From assembly GCA_028277845.1 (NCBI GenBank), contig JANQFL010000040.1, positions 1 to 64,000 on the forward strand: a DNA stretch of 64,000 nt, given 5' to 3'. A program made the translations under genes and the position numbers. Source of the DNA: Sneathiellales bacterium. GTDB taxonomy: Bacteria; Pseudomonadota; Alphaproteobacteria; JANQFL01. This document shows positions 1 to 10,008 of this stretch, one piece after another (within the stretch, counting starts at the first letter, position 1; each line of letters starts with the position of its first letter). The notes beneath the pieces are model-generated. The model did not search any database and was not told the origin of the DNA. It was given only the letters and a program-made list of their open reading frames with translations.

Positions 1-2
1 TC

Positions 3-152
3 GGCGGCATCATCATCGGCCTGGTGGAACAGTTCGCCGGTGTCTACCTGGATAGTAGCCTGCGCGAGTTGAGCGTCTACGGCTTCTTCTTCGTGCTGCT
101 CGCCCTGTTCCCCCGCGGCATCCTCGGCGGCGGTTTCGCCAAGCGGGTCTGA
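3..152 (+). CDS. livH: Branched-chain amino acid ABC transporter permease, C-terminal fragment (gene begins upstream of window)
   Basis: Frame 3 reads ...GGIIIGLVEQFAGVYLDSSLRELSVYGFFFVLLALFPRGILGGGFAKRV*, a typical LivH C-terminus. The stop lies 5 nt before the livM start. Confidence 0.7.
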   Translation, partial: GGIIIGLVEQFAGVYLDSSLRELSVYGFFFVLLALFPRGILGGGFAKRV

Positions 153-157
153 CGGCG

Positions 158-1234
158 ATGCACTACGACTTCAAAACCAGCTACAGCCAGGACGTCGGCC
201 TGTTCCCGCGGACCGAGAACCGGGTGTTCTTCGCCGCCCTGGCGGTCTTGCTGCTGGCGGCGCCGCTGGTGCTGTCCAACTTCTACATCACCGAGTTCAC
301 CGGCATCTTCATCTTCGCCATCATCGTCGTCGGTTACATGCTGGCGGCGGGCATGGCCGGTTTGATTTCGCTCGGCCACGCAGCCTTCGTCGGCATCGGC
401 GCCTACACCCACGCCCTGGCCGTCGAGGCCGGCTGGCCGTTCCTCATGGCCCTGGCCGCCGCGGCATCCGTCTCCGCCGTGTTCGGCTTCGTGCTGGCGG
501 TCCTGTCCCTGCGCCTGTCGGGGCTGTATCTCGGCGTCGCCACGCTGATCTTCGGTCTGGCCGTCGAACACGTGCTGACGGCCTGGGACGCGGTGACCGG
601 CGGCGCCGAAGGCCTGCTGGTGGGCTCGCCGGTGATCTTCGGGTTCGACCTGTCCGGCTACACGGCGTTCTACTATCTCAGCCTCGTGGCGCTCGCCTTC
701 GTCATCTGGATCGCCGCCAACCTGATGCGTTCGGCCACCGGCAAGGCGCTGATCGCCATCCGCGACAGCGAACCGGCGGCCCAGTCGCTCGGCGTCAACC
801 TGATCAAGCTCAAGGTGCTGGCCTTCACCCTGTCGGGCGCGGTGACCGGGTTCGGCGGCGCCTTTCTCGCCCACCGGGTCGGCTTCCTGACGCCCGAGGG
901 TTTCAACATCATGATGTCGCTGCAGATCGTGCTGGCCGCGGTCATCGGCGGGCTCGGCAGCATCGCCGGAGCGGTGATGGGGGCGGTGCTCATAGGCTTC
1001 ATCCCGGAAATCGTCAGCACGGTCAAGTCGGTGTTGCCGCAAAGCCTGGCCTACCAGCCCGGGCCGGACCTGCTGATCTACGGCGGCCTGCTGGCGGTGT
1101 TCGTCATGTTCGAACCCCTCGGCCTTTACGGGCGCTGGAAAAAACTCGAGGCCAAGCTGCGGACCTTCCCCATGGACCGCAAGGAAACCTTCGTGCGCAC
1201 CCGCACCTACATGAAGTCGGAGCGCGCCCGATGA
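158..1234 (+). CDS. livM: Branched-chain amino acid ABC transporter permease (LivM type)
   Basis: 358 aa, multi-TM, typical LivM sequence (NFYITEF...IFAIIVVGYML...). Stop overlaps livG start (ATGA). Confidence 0.85.
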   Translation: MHYDFKTSYSQDVGLFPRTENRVFFAALAVLLLAAPLVLSNFYITEFTGIFIFAIIVVGYMLAAGMAGLISLGHAAFVGIGAYTHALAVEAGWPFLMALAAAASVSAVFGFVLAVLSLRLSGLYLGVATLIFGLAVEHVLTAWDAVTGGAEGLLVGSPVIFGFDLSGYTAFYYLSLVALAFVIWIAANLMRSATGKALIAIRDSEPAAQSLGVNLIKLKVLAFTLSGAVTGFGGAFLAHRVGFLTPEGFNIMMSLQIVLAAVIGGLGSIAGAVMGAVLIGFIPEIVSTVKSVLPQSLAYQPGPDLLIYGGLLAVFVMFEPLGLYGRWKKLEAKLRTFPMDRKETFVRTRTYMKSERAR

Positions 1235-1998
1235 GCCTGCTGTCGACCCATAACCTGACCCGGCAGTTCGGCGGCGTCGCCGCCGTCAAGGGCGTCAGCA
1301 TGGCCGTCGAGCCCGGCGACATCTTCGCCATCATCGGCACCAACGGCGCCGGCAAGACGACGCTGATCAACGTCATCTCCGGCGTCTTCCCGCCGAGCTC
1401 CGGTACCGTCGGCTTCAAGGGCGCCGACATCACCGGCCTCGGCGCCGACCGGGTCGCCGGCCGGGGTCTGGCGCGCACGTTTCAGAACATCGAGCTGTTC
1501 GAGCATGCCAGCGTGCTCGACAATCTGCTGCTGGGCCGCTACCGGCACCGGCGCGCGACCCTGGCCGAGGAACTGCTGTTCCTGCCCCGCGCGCGCAAGG
1601 AGGCCCTGGCATTTCGTGAATCCGTCGAGGAAGTCATCGAGTATCTCGAACTGGAGCAATGGCGCGACAGCACGGTGTCGAACTTGCCCTACGGCATCCG
1701 TAAGCAGGTGGAACTGGGCCGGGCCCTGGCCTCGGCGCCGGAGCTGCTGATCCTCGATGAGCCGGCCTCGGGCCTGACGCCGGAGGAAACCGCCGATCTC
1801 GCCTACCTGATCCGCGACATGGCGCGCAACCGGGGCATGACCGTTGTCATGATCGAACACGACATGGGTCTGGTCGGCGGCGTCGCCGACCACGTCATGG
1901 CCATGAACAGCGGCGAGGTGATCGCCGAAGGCAGCGCCGCCCATGTGCAGTCCCACCCGGCGGTGCTGGACTGCTATCTCGGCACGCAGGCGGCGTAA
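1231..1998 (+). CDS. livG: Branched-chain amino acid ABC transporter ATP-binding protein
   Basis: Walker A GTNGAGKTT, ABC signature and the LivG-typical long linker. 255 aa. Confidence 0.85.
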   Translation: MSLLSTHNLTRQFGGVAAVKGVSMAVEPGDIFAIIGTNGAGKTTLINVISGVFPPSSGTVGFKGADITGLGADRVAGRGLARTFQNIELFEHASVLDNLLLGRYRHRRATLAEELLFLPRARKEALAFRESVEEVIEYLELEQWRDSTVSNLPYGIRKQVELGRALASAPELLILDEPASGLTPEETADLAYLIRDMARNRGMTVVMIEHDMGLVGGVADHVMAMNSGEVIAEGSAAHVQSHPAVLDCYLGTQAA

Positions 1999-2002
1999 CA
2001 AA

Positions 2003-2767
2003 ATGTCCGTACTCAGCGTTACCAACCTCGAAACCTTCTACGGCCCGGTGCCGGCCCTGCGCGGTGTCAGCGTCGACGTGGACGAAGGCAGCTTCACCTG
2101 CGTCCTCGGCGCCAACGGGGCGGGCAAGACGACGTTGCTGAACAGCATCGGCGGAGTCCTGGAACCGCGTTTCGGCCGCGTCATGTTCGACGGCCGCGAC
2201 ATCACCGGGCAGCCGCCCGACGAGGTGGCCGCCGGCGGCCTGGTGCTGTGCCCCGAGGGCCGCCAGGTGTTCCCGTTCCTCAGCGTGCGCGAGAACCTGC
2301 TGCTGGGCGCCTACCGCAAGGTTGCCCGGCCGGCGCGGGCGGACAATATCGACCGGGTGCTCGACTATTTCCCGCCGCTGGGCGCGCGTATCGACAAGCC
2401 GGCCGGCGTGTTGTCGGGCGGCGAACAGCAGATGCTGGCCATCGGCCGGGCCATCCTGGCGGAACCGCGATTGCTGTTGCTGGACGAACCGTCGCTCGGC
2501 CTCAGCCCCAAGGTGGTCGGCATGATCTACGCGGTCCTGGCCGACATCAACCGCTCGACCGGCCTGACCATCCTGCTGGTCGAACAGAACGCCGCCATCG
2601 CCCTGGACACCGCGTCGTTCGGCTATGTCATGGAACTGGGCCGTATCGTCATGGCCGGCGACTGCGCCGTGCTGAAGACCAAGGACGTCATCCAGGAAAG
2701 CTTCCTCGGCCACGCCGACATCGAACCGGAAATGAAGCGGTTCCGGAGGAAGAAACGATGGCGCTAG
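2003..2767 (+). CDS. livF: Branched-chain amino acid ABC transporter ATP-binding protein
   Basis: Start at ATG 2003 (MSVLSVTNLETFYG). Walker A GANGAGKTT, LSGGEQQMLAIGRA signature. The ORF-track start at 1943 is an upstream extension. Confidence 0.85.
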   Translation: MSVLSVTNLETFYGPVPALRGVSVDVDEGSFTCVLGANGAGKTTLLNSIGGVLEPRFGRVMFDGRDITGQPPDEVAAGGLVLCPEGRQVFPFLSVRENLLLGAYRKVARPARADNIDRVLDYFPPLGARIDKPAGVLSGGEQQMLAIGRAILAEPRLLLLDEPSLGLSPKVVGMIYAVLADINRSTGLTILLVEQNAAIALDTASFGYVMELGRIVMAGDCAVLKTKDVIQESFLGHADIEPEMKRFRRKKRWR

Positions 2768-4605
2768 AGACATCGGCCTTCTCCTCCATGGCGGCGCTGC
2801 TGCGCGACCGTGCGTCGCGCTGGGCGGCGCACCCGGCCATGCGCCACAAGCACCGCGGCATCTGGCACACCACCACCTGGCGGCAGTATTTCGAACGGGT
2901 CTGCCAGGCGGCGGCGGCGCTGCATGCCCTGGGCCTGGGGCCGGGCGTGACCAGCGCCATCCTGTCGGAAAACCGGCCCGAATGGCTGATCGCCGATTTC
3001 GGCGCCATCCTCTGCCGCGCCATGTCCAGTGGCATCTACACCACATCCTCGGCCAACCAGATCGATTACCACCTGGATCACAGCGGTTCCAAGATCCTAT
3101 TCGTCGAGGACGGCGAACAATATGAAAAGCTGGCCGACGTGGCGCCGGCCACCATCGCCGGCCTGTACCGCATCGTCGTCTTCGACATGGACGGCCTGGA
3201 CCACGTGGTCGACCCGCTGATTCAGAGCTGGGACGATTTCCTGGCCGAGGGCGCCGCTGTGCTGGAAAACGATCCCGGCCTGCCGGACCGGCTGATCGAC
3301 GCCATCGGCCCCGACGACATCGCCTTGCTGATCTACACCTCGGGCACTACCGGCGCACCCAAGGGGGCGATGATCAGCCACGACAACCTGGCCGCACAGG
3401 TCGAGGCATGGGCCATCACCTACGACATCGGACTCAACGACCGGTCGGTGTGTTTCCTGCCGCTCTGCCACGTGGCCGAGCGGCTGTTCTCGGTATTCAG
3501 TCCGCTGGCCAACGGCACCATCGTGCATTTCAGCGAAAGCGCCGCGGCCGTTGTTGAGAACATGCGCGAAATCAAGCCCACCCTGGTATTCGCGCCGCCG
3601 CGTTTCTACGAAAAGATCCACGCCGCCATCGACCTGGCCATGCGCGAGGCGCGGCCATCCAGCCAGGCCGCCTATGCCCGGGCCAGGCGCTGGGTCGGCG
3701 CGGCCATGGCGCCGCCGGGCAAGGTGGATACGGCGCCGCTTGGCATTGTGGCCCGGACCCGGCGCTGGATCGCCCGCCATGTCCTGCTGCGTAACGTGCT
3801 GCGCGCCATGGGCATGGGCAGCGTGCGCTACAGCATGACCGGCGCGGCGCCGGTGTCGGCCGAACTGGTGGACTGGTATCGCGGCCTCGGCGTCAATCTG
3901 TTCGAGCTTTACGGCATGACCGAAACCAGCGGTTCGCAAACCCGCTTGAACCCGCGGGGGCCGCACCGCGCCGCCGGATATCCGGTCGCCATCGGCGAAC
4001 TGAAAATCGGCCCCAACGACGAAGTGCTGGTGCGCGGCCGCCATGTGTTCCAGGGCTATCTCAACGATCCCGAGAACACGGCCAAGACCATCGAAGCCGA
4101 CGGCTGGCTCCATACCGGCGACCAGGGGCGGTTGGACGAACACGGTAATCTTTCGATTATCGGCCGCATCAAGGACGTGATGATCACCTCGGGCGGCAAG
4201 AACCTGACCCCGTCGAAGATCGAAACCCTGGTCAAGGTGTCGCCCTTCGTCACCGACGCGCTGCTGATCGGCGACGGCCGCCATTACGTCACCTGTCTGA
4301 TCATGATCGATTACGACATGGTGGCGCGCCACGCCCGCGATCACGGCATCGCCTTCACCGACTATCCCAGCCTGTGCCGTAAGCCGGAAATTTCCGACCT
4401 CATCGGGCGCGAGGTCGCCAACGCCAACGACAAGCTGAACCAGGTCGAGAAGATCAAGAAGTTCCGCATCATCGACGTCGAGCTGGACGCCGAGGACGAG
4501 GAACTGACGCCGACCATGAAGCTGCGGCGCGCGGCGATCGAAGCGAAATACAAGGACATGATCGAAGACATGTATCGAGAAGAAAAGGGAGGACGAGCAT
4601 CATGA
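2758..4605 (+). CDS. AMP-dependent synthetase/ligase (long-chain acyl-CoA synthetase-like)
   Basis: AMP-binding motif LIYTSGTTGAPKGAMISHDNL. Start ATG 2758 (MALETSAF) overlaps the livF stop by 10 nt. The 785-aa ORF in the track is a 5' read-through. Stop overlaps the next gene (ATGA at 4602). Confidence 0.8.
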   Translation: MALETSAFSSMAALLRDRASRWAAHPAMRHKHRGIWHTTTWRQYFERVCQAAAALHALGLGPGVTSAILSENRPEWLIADFGAILCRAMSSGIYTTSSANQIDYHLDHSGSKILFVEDGEQYEKLADVAPATIAGLYRIVVFDMDGLDHVVDPLIQSWDDFLAEGAAVLENDPGLPDRLIDAIGPDDIALLIYTSGTTGAPKGAMISHDNLAAQVEAWAITYDIGLNDRSVCFLPLCHVAERLFSVFSPLANGTIVHFSESAAAVVENMREIKPTLVFAPPRFYEKIHAAIDLAMREARPSSQAAYARARRWVGAAMAPPGKVDTAPLGIVARTRRWIARHVLLRNVLRAMGMGSVRYSMTGAAPVSAELVDWYRGLGVNLFELYGMTETSGSQTRLNPRGPHRAAGYPVAIGELKIGPNDEVLVRGRHVFQGYLNDPENTAKTIEADGWLHTGDQGRLDEHGNLSIIGRIKDVMITSGGKNLTPSKIETLVKVSPFVTDALLIGDGRHYVTCLIMIDYDMVARHARDHGIAFTDYPSLCRKPEISDLIGREVANANDKLNQVEKIKKFRIIDVELDAEDEELTPTMKLRRAAIEAKYKDMIEDMYREEKGGRAS

Positions 4606-5771
4606 AGACATTGACTAAACTGGCCCTGGCCGGCGCGTTGCTGGCCGCTACGACAACCGCCGCGCAATCCGGCAGCCGCGGCGTCAGCGACGGCGAAATC
4701 GTCATTGGCACGCACCTGGACCTGTCCGGTCCGGTGGCGGCGGCCATGCCGCCCTTGAAGGCGGGCATCGAAATGCGTCTCAAGGAAGTCAACGACGCCG
4801 GCGGTATTCACGGCCGCAAGGTCCGCCTGGTGATCGAGGACAACGGCTATCAGCCGGCCCAGGCGGTGCGTGCCGCCCAGAAGATGGTGCTGAAGGACGA
4901 AACCTTCGCCCTGTTCAGCCCGTTCGGCACCGGCACCTCGGCGGCTGGCTATTCGGTTGCCGCCAAGTCGGGCGTGCCGCATGTATTCCCGTGGAGCGGT
5001 GTCCCGGCGATCTTCCACAAGACCGGCGACGCCAAAAGCTTCACCTACGTGGTCGACTATGCCTGGGCGACGGCGGCCGGACTGAGTTGGTTCCTCAATG
5101 ACAAGGGCGCCAAGAAGATCGGCGTGCTTTACCAGGACGACGCCTTCGGCAAGCTGGTGATGGCCGGCGTCAACAAGGCCGTCGCGGACAACGGTGCCGA
5201 AGTGGTCGAAACCGCCGGCTACAAGCCGGGTGCGGTCGACTTCTCGGCCCAGGTGACCAAGCTGCGCGCCGCCGGCGTGGATCTGGTGGTGATGGCGACG
5301 GTGATTCGCGAAACCATCGGTGCCTACGTCACCATGCGCAAGATGGGCTGGGACGTCGACGTCATCACGTCCATTCCCGGCCGTTCGCAGATCATTCCGC
5401 TGCTGGCCAAGGGCGGCGTCAGCGGCCTTTACGGCATCGGCCAGTGGAACATTCCCCAGACCGGCAACGACTCGCCGGCCGCCCAGGCCTGGCTCAAGCG
5501 CTTTGCCGCCGCCTATCCGAAGATGCCCAGCGAGTCCGCCGCCGTGGCCTACATGATGACCGATTGGCTGGTGCAGGGCCTGACCGCTGCGGGCAAGGAC
5601 CTGACCGTGGACAGCTTCACCAAGGCCATGGCCGGCAGCACGTATGAAGACAAGATTTTCGGCAATCCGTCGCTCGGCTTTGCCAACGGCCACATCACGC
5701 CGCAGGTCGCCTCGGTGTGGCAGGTCGACGGCATGGTCTGGAAGAAGGTATCGCCGGACCTGACCGAATAG
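4602..5771 (+). CDS. ABC transporter substrate-binding protein, Leu/Ile/Val-binding (LivK-like) family
   Basis: 389 aa, N-terminal signal peptide (MKTLTKLALAGALLAATTTAAQS), type-I periplasmic binding fold motifs. Confidence 0.8.
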   Translation: MKTLTKLALAGALLAATTTAAQSGSRGVSDGEIVIGTHLDLSGPVAAAMPPLKAGIEMRLKEVNDAGGIHGRKVRLVIEDNGYQPAQAVRAAQKMVLKDETFALFSPFGTGTSAAGYSVAAKSGVPHVFPWSGVPAIFHKTGDAKSFTYVVDYAWATAAGLSWFLNDKGAKKIGVLYQDDAFGKLVMAGVNKAVADNGAEVVETAGYKPGAVDFSAQVTKLRAAGVDLVVMATVIRETIGAYVTMRKMGWDVDVITSIPGRSQIIPLLAKGGVSGLYGIGQWNIPQTGNDSPAAQAWLKRFAAAYPKMPSESAAVAYMMTDWLVQGLTAAGKDLTVDSFTKAMAGSTYEDKIFGNPSLGFANGHITPQVASVWQVDGMVWKKVSPDLTE

Positions 5772-5814
5772 GGGAGCGCCGCGCGCCCCGCCGATGAGTA
5801 TGAAGGAGGCCAAC

Positions 5815-7053
5815 ATGTCGAACACGGTTTACATCCTCGGCGGGGCGCAGAGCGACTTCGCCCGCAACTGGCACCGCGAAGGCCTGGGCATCGACGCCAT
5901 GATGGGCGAGGTGCTCATGCAGGGGCTGGAGCAGGCCCGGCTCGAACCTCATGACATCGACTGCGTGCATGTGGGCAACTTCACCGCCGAATTGTTCTGC
6001 CAGCAGGGCCAGTTGGGCGGCATGGTCGCCGGGTTGCACCCCGACCTGTCCGGCAAGCCGACCAGCCGGCACGAGGCGGCCTGCGCGTCCGGGTCCATCG
6101 CCATGCTGTCGGCGGCGGCGGAGATCGAGGCCGGTCGCTACGGCCTGGTCTGCGTGCTGGGCGTCGAATACATGCGCAACGTGCACGGCGACAAGGCGGC
6201 CGAATATCTCGGCGCCGCCGCCTGGGCCGGGCGCGAATGGACCGATGCCACCTACGTCTGGCCGGCGGCGTTTTCCGATTTGATCGATGCCTACGGCGAG
6301 AAGTACGGCCGGGTGGACTACGCCCACCTGGGTGAAATCGCCCGCATCAACTACGACAACGCCAGGCGCAACCCCTACGCCCAGACCCGCAAGTGGGACT
6401 TCAACGACAAGAGTTTCACAGAGGACGACGAGGCCAACCCGGTCATCGAGGGACGCATCCGCCGCAACGATTGCGGCCAGGTGACCGATGGCGCCGCCGT
6501 CGTGTTTCTGGCATCGGAAGACCGCGCGCGGGACTACGCCAAAGCCCGTGGCCTGGCGCTCTCCGATCTGGCCAAAATCGAAGGCTGGGGCCACCGCACC
6601 GCGCCCATGCTGTTCGAGGACAAGCTGAAGGAGAGCCGCAACTCCCGTTACGTCCTGCCCCAGGTGCAGAAGACCATCACGGAGTGTTTCACCCGGGCCG
6701 GCGTCGATAATGTCTTCCAACTGGACGCCATCGAAACCCACGACTGTTTCGCCATGACCGAATACGCCGCCATCGACTGTTTCGGCATCACCGAACCGGG
6801 CGAAAGCTGGAAGGCGGTCGAGGAAGGGGTCATCGCCGCCGATGGCAAATTGCCGATCAATCCCTCGGGCGGACTGATCGGTCTCGGCCACCCCGTCGGC
6901 GCCACCGGCGTGCGCATGATGCTGGACGGCTACCGCCAGGTCACCGGCCAGGCCGGCGACTGCCAGGTGGATGGTGCCCGGCGCGTCGGGTTGCTCAACA
7001 TCGGTGGCTCCACGACAACCATCGCGTCATTCGTCGTGGGCGCCGTAGCTTGA
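5815..7053 (+). CDS. Thiolase-family protein (acetyl-CoA acetyltransferase / SCP-x-like)
   Basis: Active-site Cys context EAACASGSIAM, C-terminal GHPVGATG. Start chosen at ATG 5815, 6 nt after GAAGGAGG. Confidence 0.7.
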   Translation: MSNTVYILGGAQSDFARNWHREGLGIDAMMGEVLMQGLEQARLEPHDIDCVHVGNFTAELFCQQGQLGGMVAGLHPDLSGKPTSRHEAACASGSIAMLSAAAEIEAGRYGLVCVLGVEYMRNVHGDKAAEYLGAAAWAGREWTDATYVWPAAFSDLIDAYGEKYGRVDYAHLGEIARINYDNARRNPYAQTRKWDFNDKSFTEDDEANPVIEGRIRRNDCGQVTDGAAVVFLASEDRARDYAKARGLALSDLAKIEGWGHRTAPMLFEDKLKESRNSRYVLPQVQKTITECFTRAGVDNVFQLDAIETHDCFAMTEYAAIDCFGITEPGESWKAVEEGVIAADGKLPINPSGGLIGLGHPVGATGVRMMLDGYRQVTGQAGDCQVDGARRVGLLNIGGSTTTIASFVVGAVA

Positions 7054-7066
7054 TGTAACTGTCGGT

Positions 7067-8845
7067 TCAGGCGCCCGGCTGCGGCCGCATGTCGTTCGGG
7101 TCGATGCCGGCCACCTCGACGGGCTTCTTCATGGCGTCGCGGCGGAACGGTTCGCCCAGTTCCTGGTTGAGCAGTACCTCGATGAAGGTGGTCACTCCCT
7201 GATCCTGGGCCGAGCAGGCCTCCCGCAATGCGGACGTCAGTTCCTCCTGGGTTTTGACCTGTACGCCCTTCAGGCCGCAGCCTTCCGCGACCTTGGCGTA
7301 GCTCAAACCGGGATTGAGTTCGGTGCCGACGAAATTGTTGTCGTACCACAGCGTCGTGTTGCGCTTTTCGGCGCCCCACTGGTAGTTGCGGAAGACCACC
7401 ATGGTGACGGCCGGCCAGTCCTCGCGGCCGCACGACGTCATTTCGTTCATGCTGATGCCGAAGGCGCCGTCGCCGGCGAACCCAACCACGGGGACGCCGG
7501 GACAGCCGATCTTGGCGCCCAGGATGGACGGGAACCCGTAACCGCAGGGCCCGAACAGGCCGGGCGCCAGGTATTTGCGGCCTTGCTCGAAGGTCGGGTA
7601 GGCGTTGCCGATGGCGCAGTTGTTGCCGATGTCGCTGGAGATGATGGCGTCCTTGGGCAGGCCGGCCTGAATGGCGCGCCAGGCCTGACGGGGCGACATG
7701 AGATCGGCGTCCCGTTCCCGCGAGTCGGCGTTCCAGGTGGTGCCGGGATCGTCGTCCTCGTGGTCCATGCTGCTCAGCGCCTGCAGCCAGGCGGACTTGG
7801 CCTGATGGATGGTGGCCTTGCGTTCCTCGCGGCCGGCGTCGCCGGCGTTCGGCGTCAGTTTGTCGAGGATCTGTTCGGCCACCAGTTTGGCGTCGCCGCA
7901 AATACCGACGGTGACCTTCTTGGCCAGGCCGATGCGGTCGGGGTTCATGTCGACCTGGATGATGGCGGCGTCCTTGGGCCAATAGTCGATGCCGTAGCCG
8001 GGCAGGGTGGAAAACGGGTTGAGCCGGGTGCCCAGCGCCAGCACCACGTCGGCCTTGGCGATCAGTTCCATCGCCGCCTTCGATCCGTTGTAGCCGAGCG
8101 GGCCGGCCGCCAGCGGGTGGCTGCCGGGGAAGCTGTCGTTGTGCTGATAGCCGCTGGCCACCGGTGCATCGAGCCGTTCGGCCAGCGCCTTGCACGCGCC
8201 GATGGCGTCGCCGATGACGACACCGGCACCCGACAGGATCACCGGGAACTTGGCGTCCGACAGCAGTTGCGCGGCCCGGGCGATGGCCTCCGCGCCGCCA
8301 CCCTGCCGTTCCAGCCGGACGATCTGCGGCAGCTCGATGTCGACCACCTGAGTCCAGTAATCGCGCGGCACGTTGATCTGGGCCGGCGCCGAACCGCGGA
8401 TGGATTTCTCGATCACCCGGTTGAGCACCTCGGCGATGCGCGACGGGTCGCGGACCTCTTCCTGGTAGCACACCATGTCGCGGAACAGGGCCATCTGCTC
8501 GACTTCCTGGAAACCGCCCTGGCCGATGGTCTTGTTGGCCGCCTGCGGCGTGACCAGCAGCATGGGCGTATGGTTCCAGTATGCGGTCTTGATCGCGGTG
8601 ACGAAATTGGTGATGCCGGGGCCGTTCTGGGCGATCGCCATGCCGATCTTGCCCGATGCGCGCGTGTAACCGTCGCAAATAATGCCGCCGTTGGTTTCGT
8701 GCGCCACGTCCCAGAACGTAATGCCGGCCTTGGGAAACAGATCGGAAATCGGCATGAAAGCCGATCCGATAATGCCGAATGCATGTTCGATGCCGTGCAT
8801 CTGCAAGACCTTCACGAAGGCTTCCTCGGTCGTCATCTGGGTCAT
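7067..8845 (-). CDS. xsc: Thiamine-diphosphate enzyme, sulfoacetaldehyde acetyltransferase (Xsc)-like
   Basis: 592 aa. N-terminus MTQMTTEEAFVKVLQMHGIEHAFGIIGSAFMPISDLFPKAGITFWDVAHE closely resembles Xsc proteins as recalled. TPP-binding GDGAFG motif. Start ATG 8845 after GGAGGAG. Confidence 0.55.
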   Translation of the reverse strand: MTQMTTEEAFVKVLQMHGIEHAFGIIGSAFMPISDLFPKAGITFWDVAHETNGGIICDGYTRASGKIGMAIAQNGPGITNFVTAIKTAYWNHTPMLLVTPQAANKTIGQGGFQEVEQMALFRDMVCYQEEVRDPSRIAEVLNRVIEKSIRGSAPAQINVPRDYWTQVVDIELPQIVRLERQGGGAEAIARAAQLLSDAKFPVILSGAGVVIGDAIGACKALAERLDAPVASGYQHNDSFPGSHPLAAGPLGYNGSKAAMELIAKADVVLALGTRLNPFSTLPGYGIDYWPKDAAIIQVDMNPDRIGLAKKVTVGICGDAKLVAEQILDKLTPNAGDAGREERKATIHQAKSAWLQALSSMDHEDDDPGTTWNADSRERDADLMSPRQAWRAIQAGLPKDAIISSDIGNNCAIGNAYPTFEQGRKYLAPGLFGPCGYGFPSILGAKIGCPGVPVVGFAGDGAFGISMNEMTSCGREDWPAVTMVVFRNYQWGAEKRNTTLWYDNNFVGTELNPGLSYAKVAEGCGLKGVQVKTQEELTSALREACSAQDQGVTTFIEVLLNQELGEPFRRDAMKKPVEVAGIDPNDMRPQPGA

Positions 8846-9116
8846 GGATTCTCCTCCATCGTCACTCGTACTGGCACCGGCAGCCGGTGCTGGCCGCGAT
8901 CCTCGGAATTGACAGATAAACAACCTCCCCGAACCGGCATAGGGCCAGATGGATCCAATCGTCTATGTCAGATTGGGGCCAATCGGCGGGGCGGGGTGAC
9001 ATCCCTTTTCGCACGGCCATGGCCGTGGATATTTGGCTCGGTGCATTGGTTGTGCCATGCTTGGGCAAGAGCGGATTCGACCTCGATGGAACAACAGGAG
9101 CCGAAGGGGCGCTCAT

Positions 9117-9956
9117 ATGCCGACGGAACGCATCAACAGTCACGACATGTACTACGAAGTGCACGGCCAGGGCGATCCGCTGCTGTGCATGACCGGTTGG
9201 GGCACGTTTTGCCACGGCAATCTGCATCAGTTGGCCCGTGGCCTGACCGACCGCTACACCTGCGTCATGTTCGACCACCGCGGATTGGGGGAGTCGGGCG
9301 ACGACTACAGCCAGACGCCGAGCATGCGCCTCTATGCCGAGGACGCCGCCGGGCTGCTCGATCATCTGGGCATGAGCAACGTGCACATCATGGGCCTGGT
9401 CGGCATGGGCGCCTGCATCGGCCAGGAAATGGCGATCGACCGGCCCGACCTGGTGCGCAGCATGGTCAACATGGGGGCCTGGGCCCATTGCGACGATTTT
9501 CTATATGATCAACTGGAAATGCTGCGCCACGTGCATCGCGCGCTGGGCTGGCAGGCGTTTCAGCAGCTCGTCGTCACTTTGTCGTTCCTGCCCGAATTCT
9601 ACAACGAACATAAATCCCGCCTGTTGGGCCCCGAGGGGCCGTGGAAGGAACTCTACGGCCGCTACGAGGCTCATTCGCGTCTGGTGACCGCCTGTTTGAG
9701 CCATGACACCCGCGACCGGCTGCACCTGATCAAGGCGCCGACACTCATCATCCACGCGGGGCAGGACATGGTGAACCCGCCGCGCACCACCTTGCCGCTG
9801 GAGGAGGGCATCCCGGGTGCCAGGGGTGTGATGATGGAAGACGTCGCCCACGTGGTGGCCGGGCGCGACCAGAAAAAACGGTTCTGCGACATCCTGCTCG
9901 GTTTCCTGGCCGAGGTCGACGCCATGGCCGATGGCGGGCAGGCGGCGGCCTCTTGA
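9117..9956 (+). CDS. Alpha/beta-fold hydrolase family protein
   Basis: HG..(20)..FDHRGLGES N-terminal pattern of the alpha/beta hydrolase fold. Start ATG 9117 after AGGAG. Nucleophile elbow appears atypical (GLVGMGA). Confidence 0.65.
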   Translation: MPTERINSHDMYYEVHGQGDPLLCMTGWGTFCHGNLHQLARGLTDRYTCVMFDHRGLGESGDDYSQTPSMRLYAEDAAGLLDHLGMSNVHIMGLVGMGACIGQEMAIDRPDLVRSMVNMGAWAHCDDFLYDQLEMLRHVHRALGWQAFQQLVVTLSFLPEFYNEHKSRLLGPEGPWKELYGRYEAHSRLVTACLSHDTRDRLHLIKAPTLIIHAGQDMVNPPRTTLPLEEGIPGARGVMMEDVAHVVAGRDQKKRFCDILLGFLAEVDAMADGGQAAAS

Positions 9957-10008
9957 AAGCGGACCGGTCGAAGGTATTTGGATGGACGATGCGTAACGGA
10001 GACGTGCG

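Noticed and set aside
2248-2757. 5' extension making the acyl-CoA synthetase 785 aa
   Set aside because: The extension overlaps livF in another frame and translates to low-complexity Arg/Pro/Gly sequence. AMP-binding homology starts at Met 2758.
6930-8678. 582-aa minus-strand ORF overlapping xsc in another frame
   Set aside because: It is out of frame relative to the Xsc-like protein. It has Arg/Gly/Pro-rich composition and no start context.
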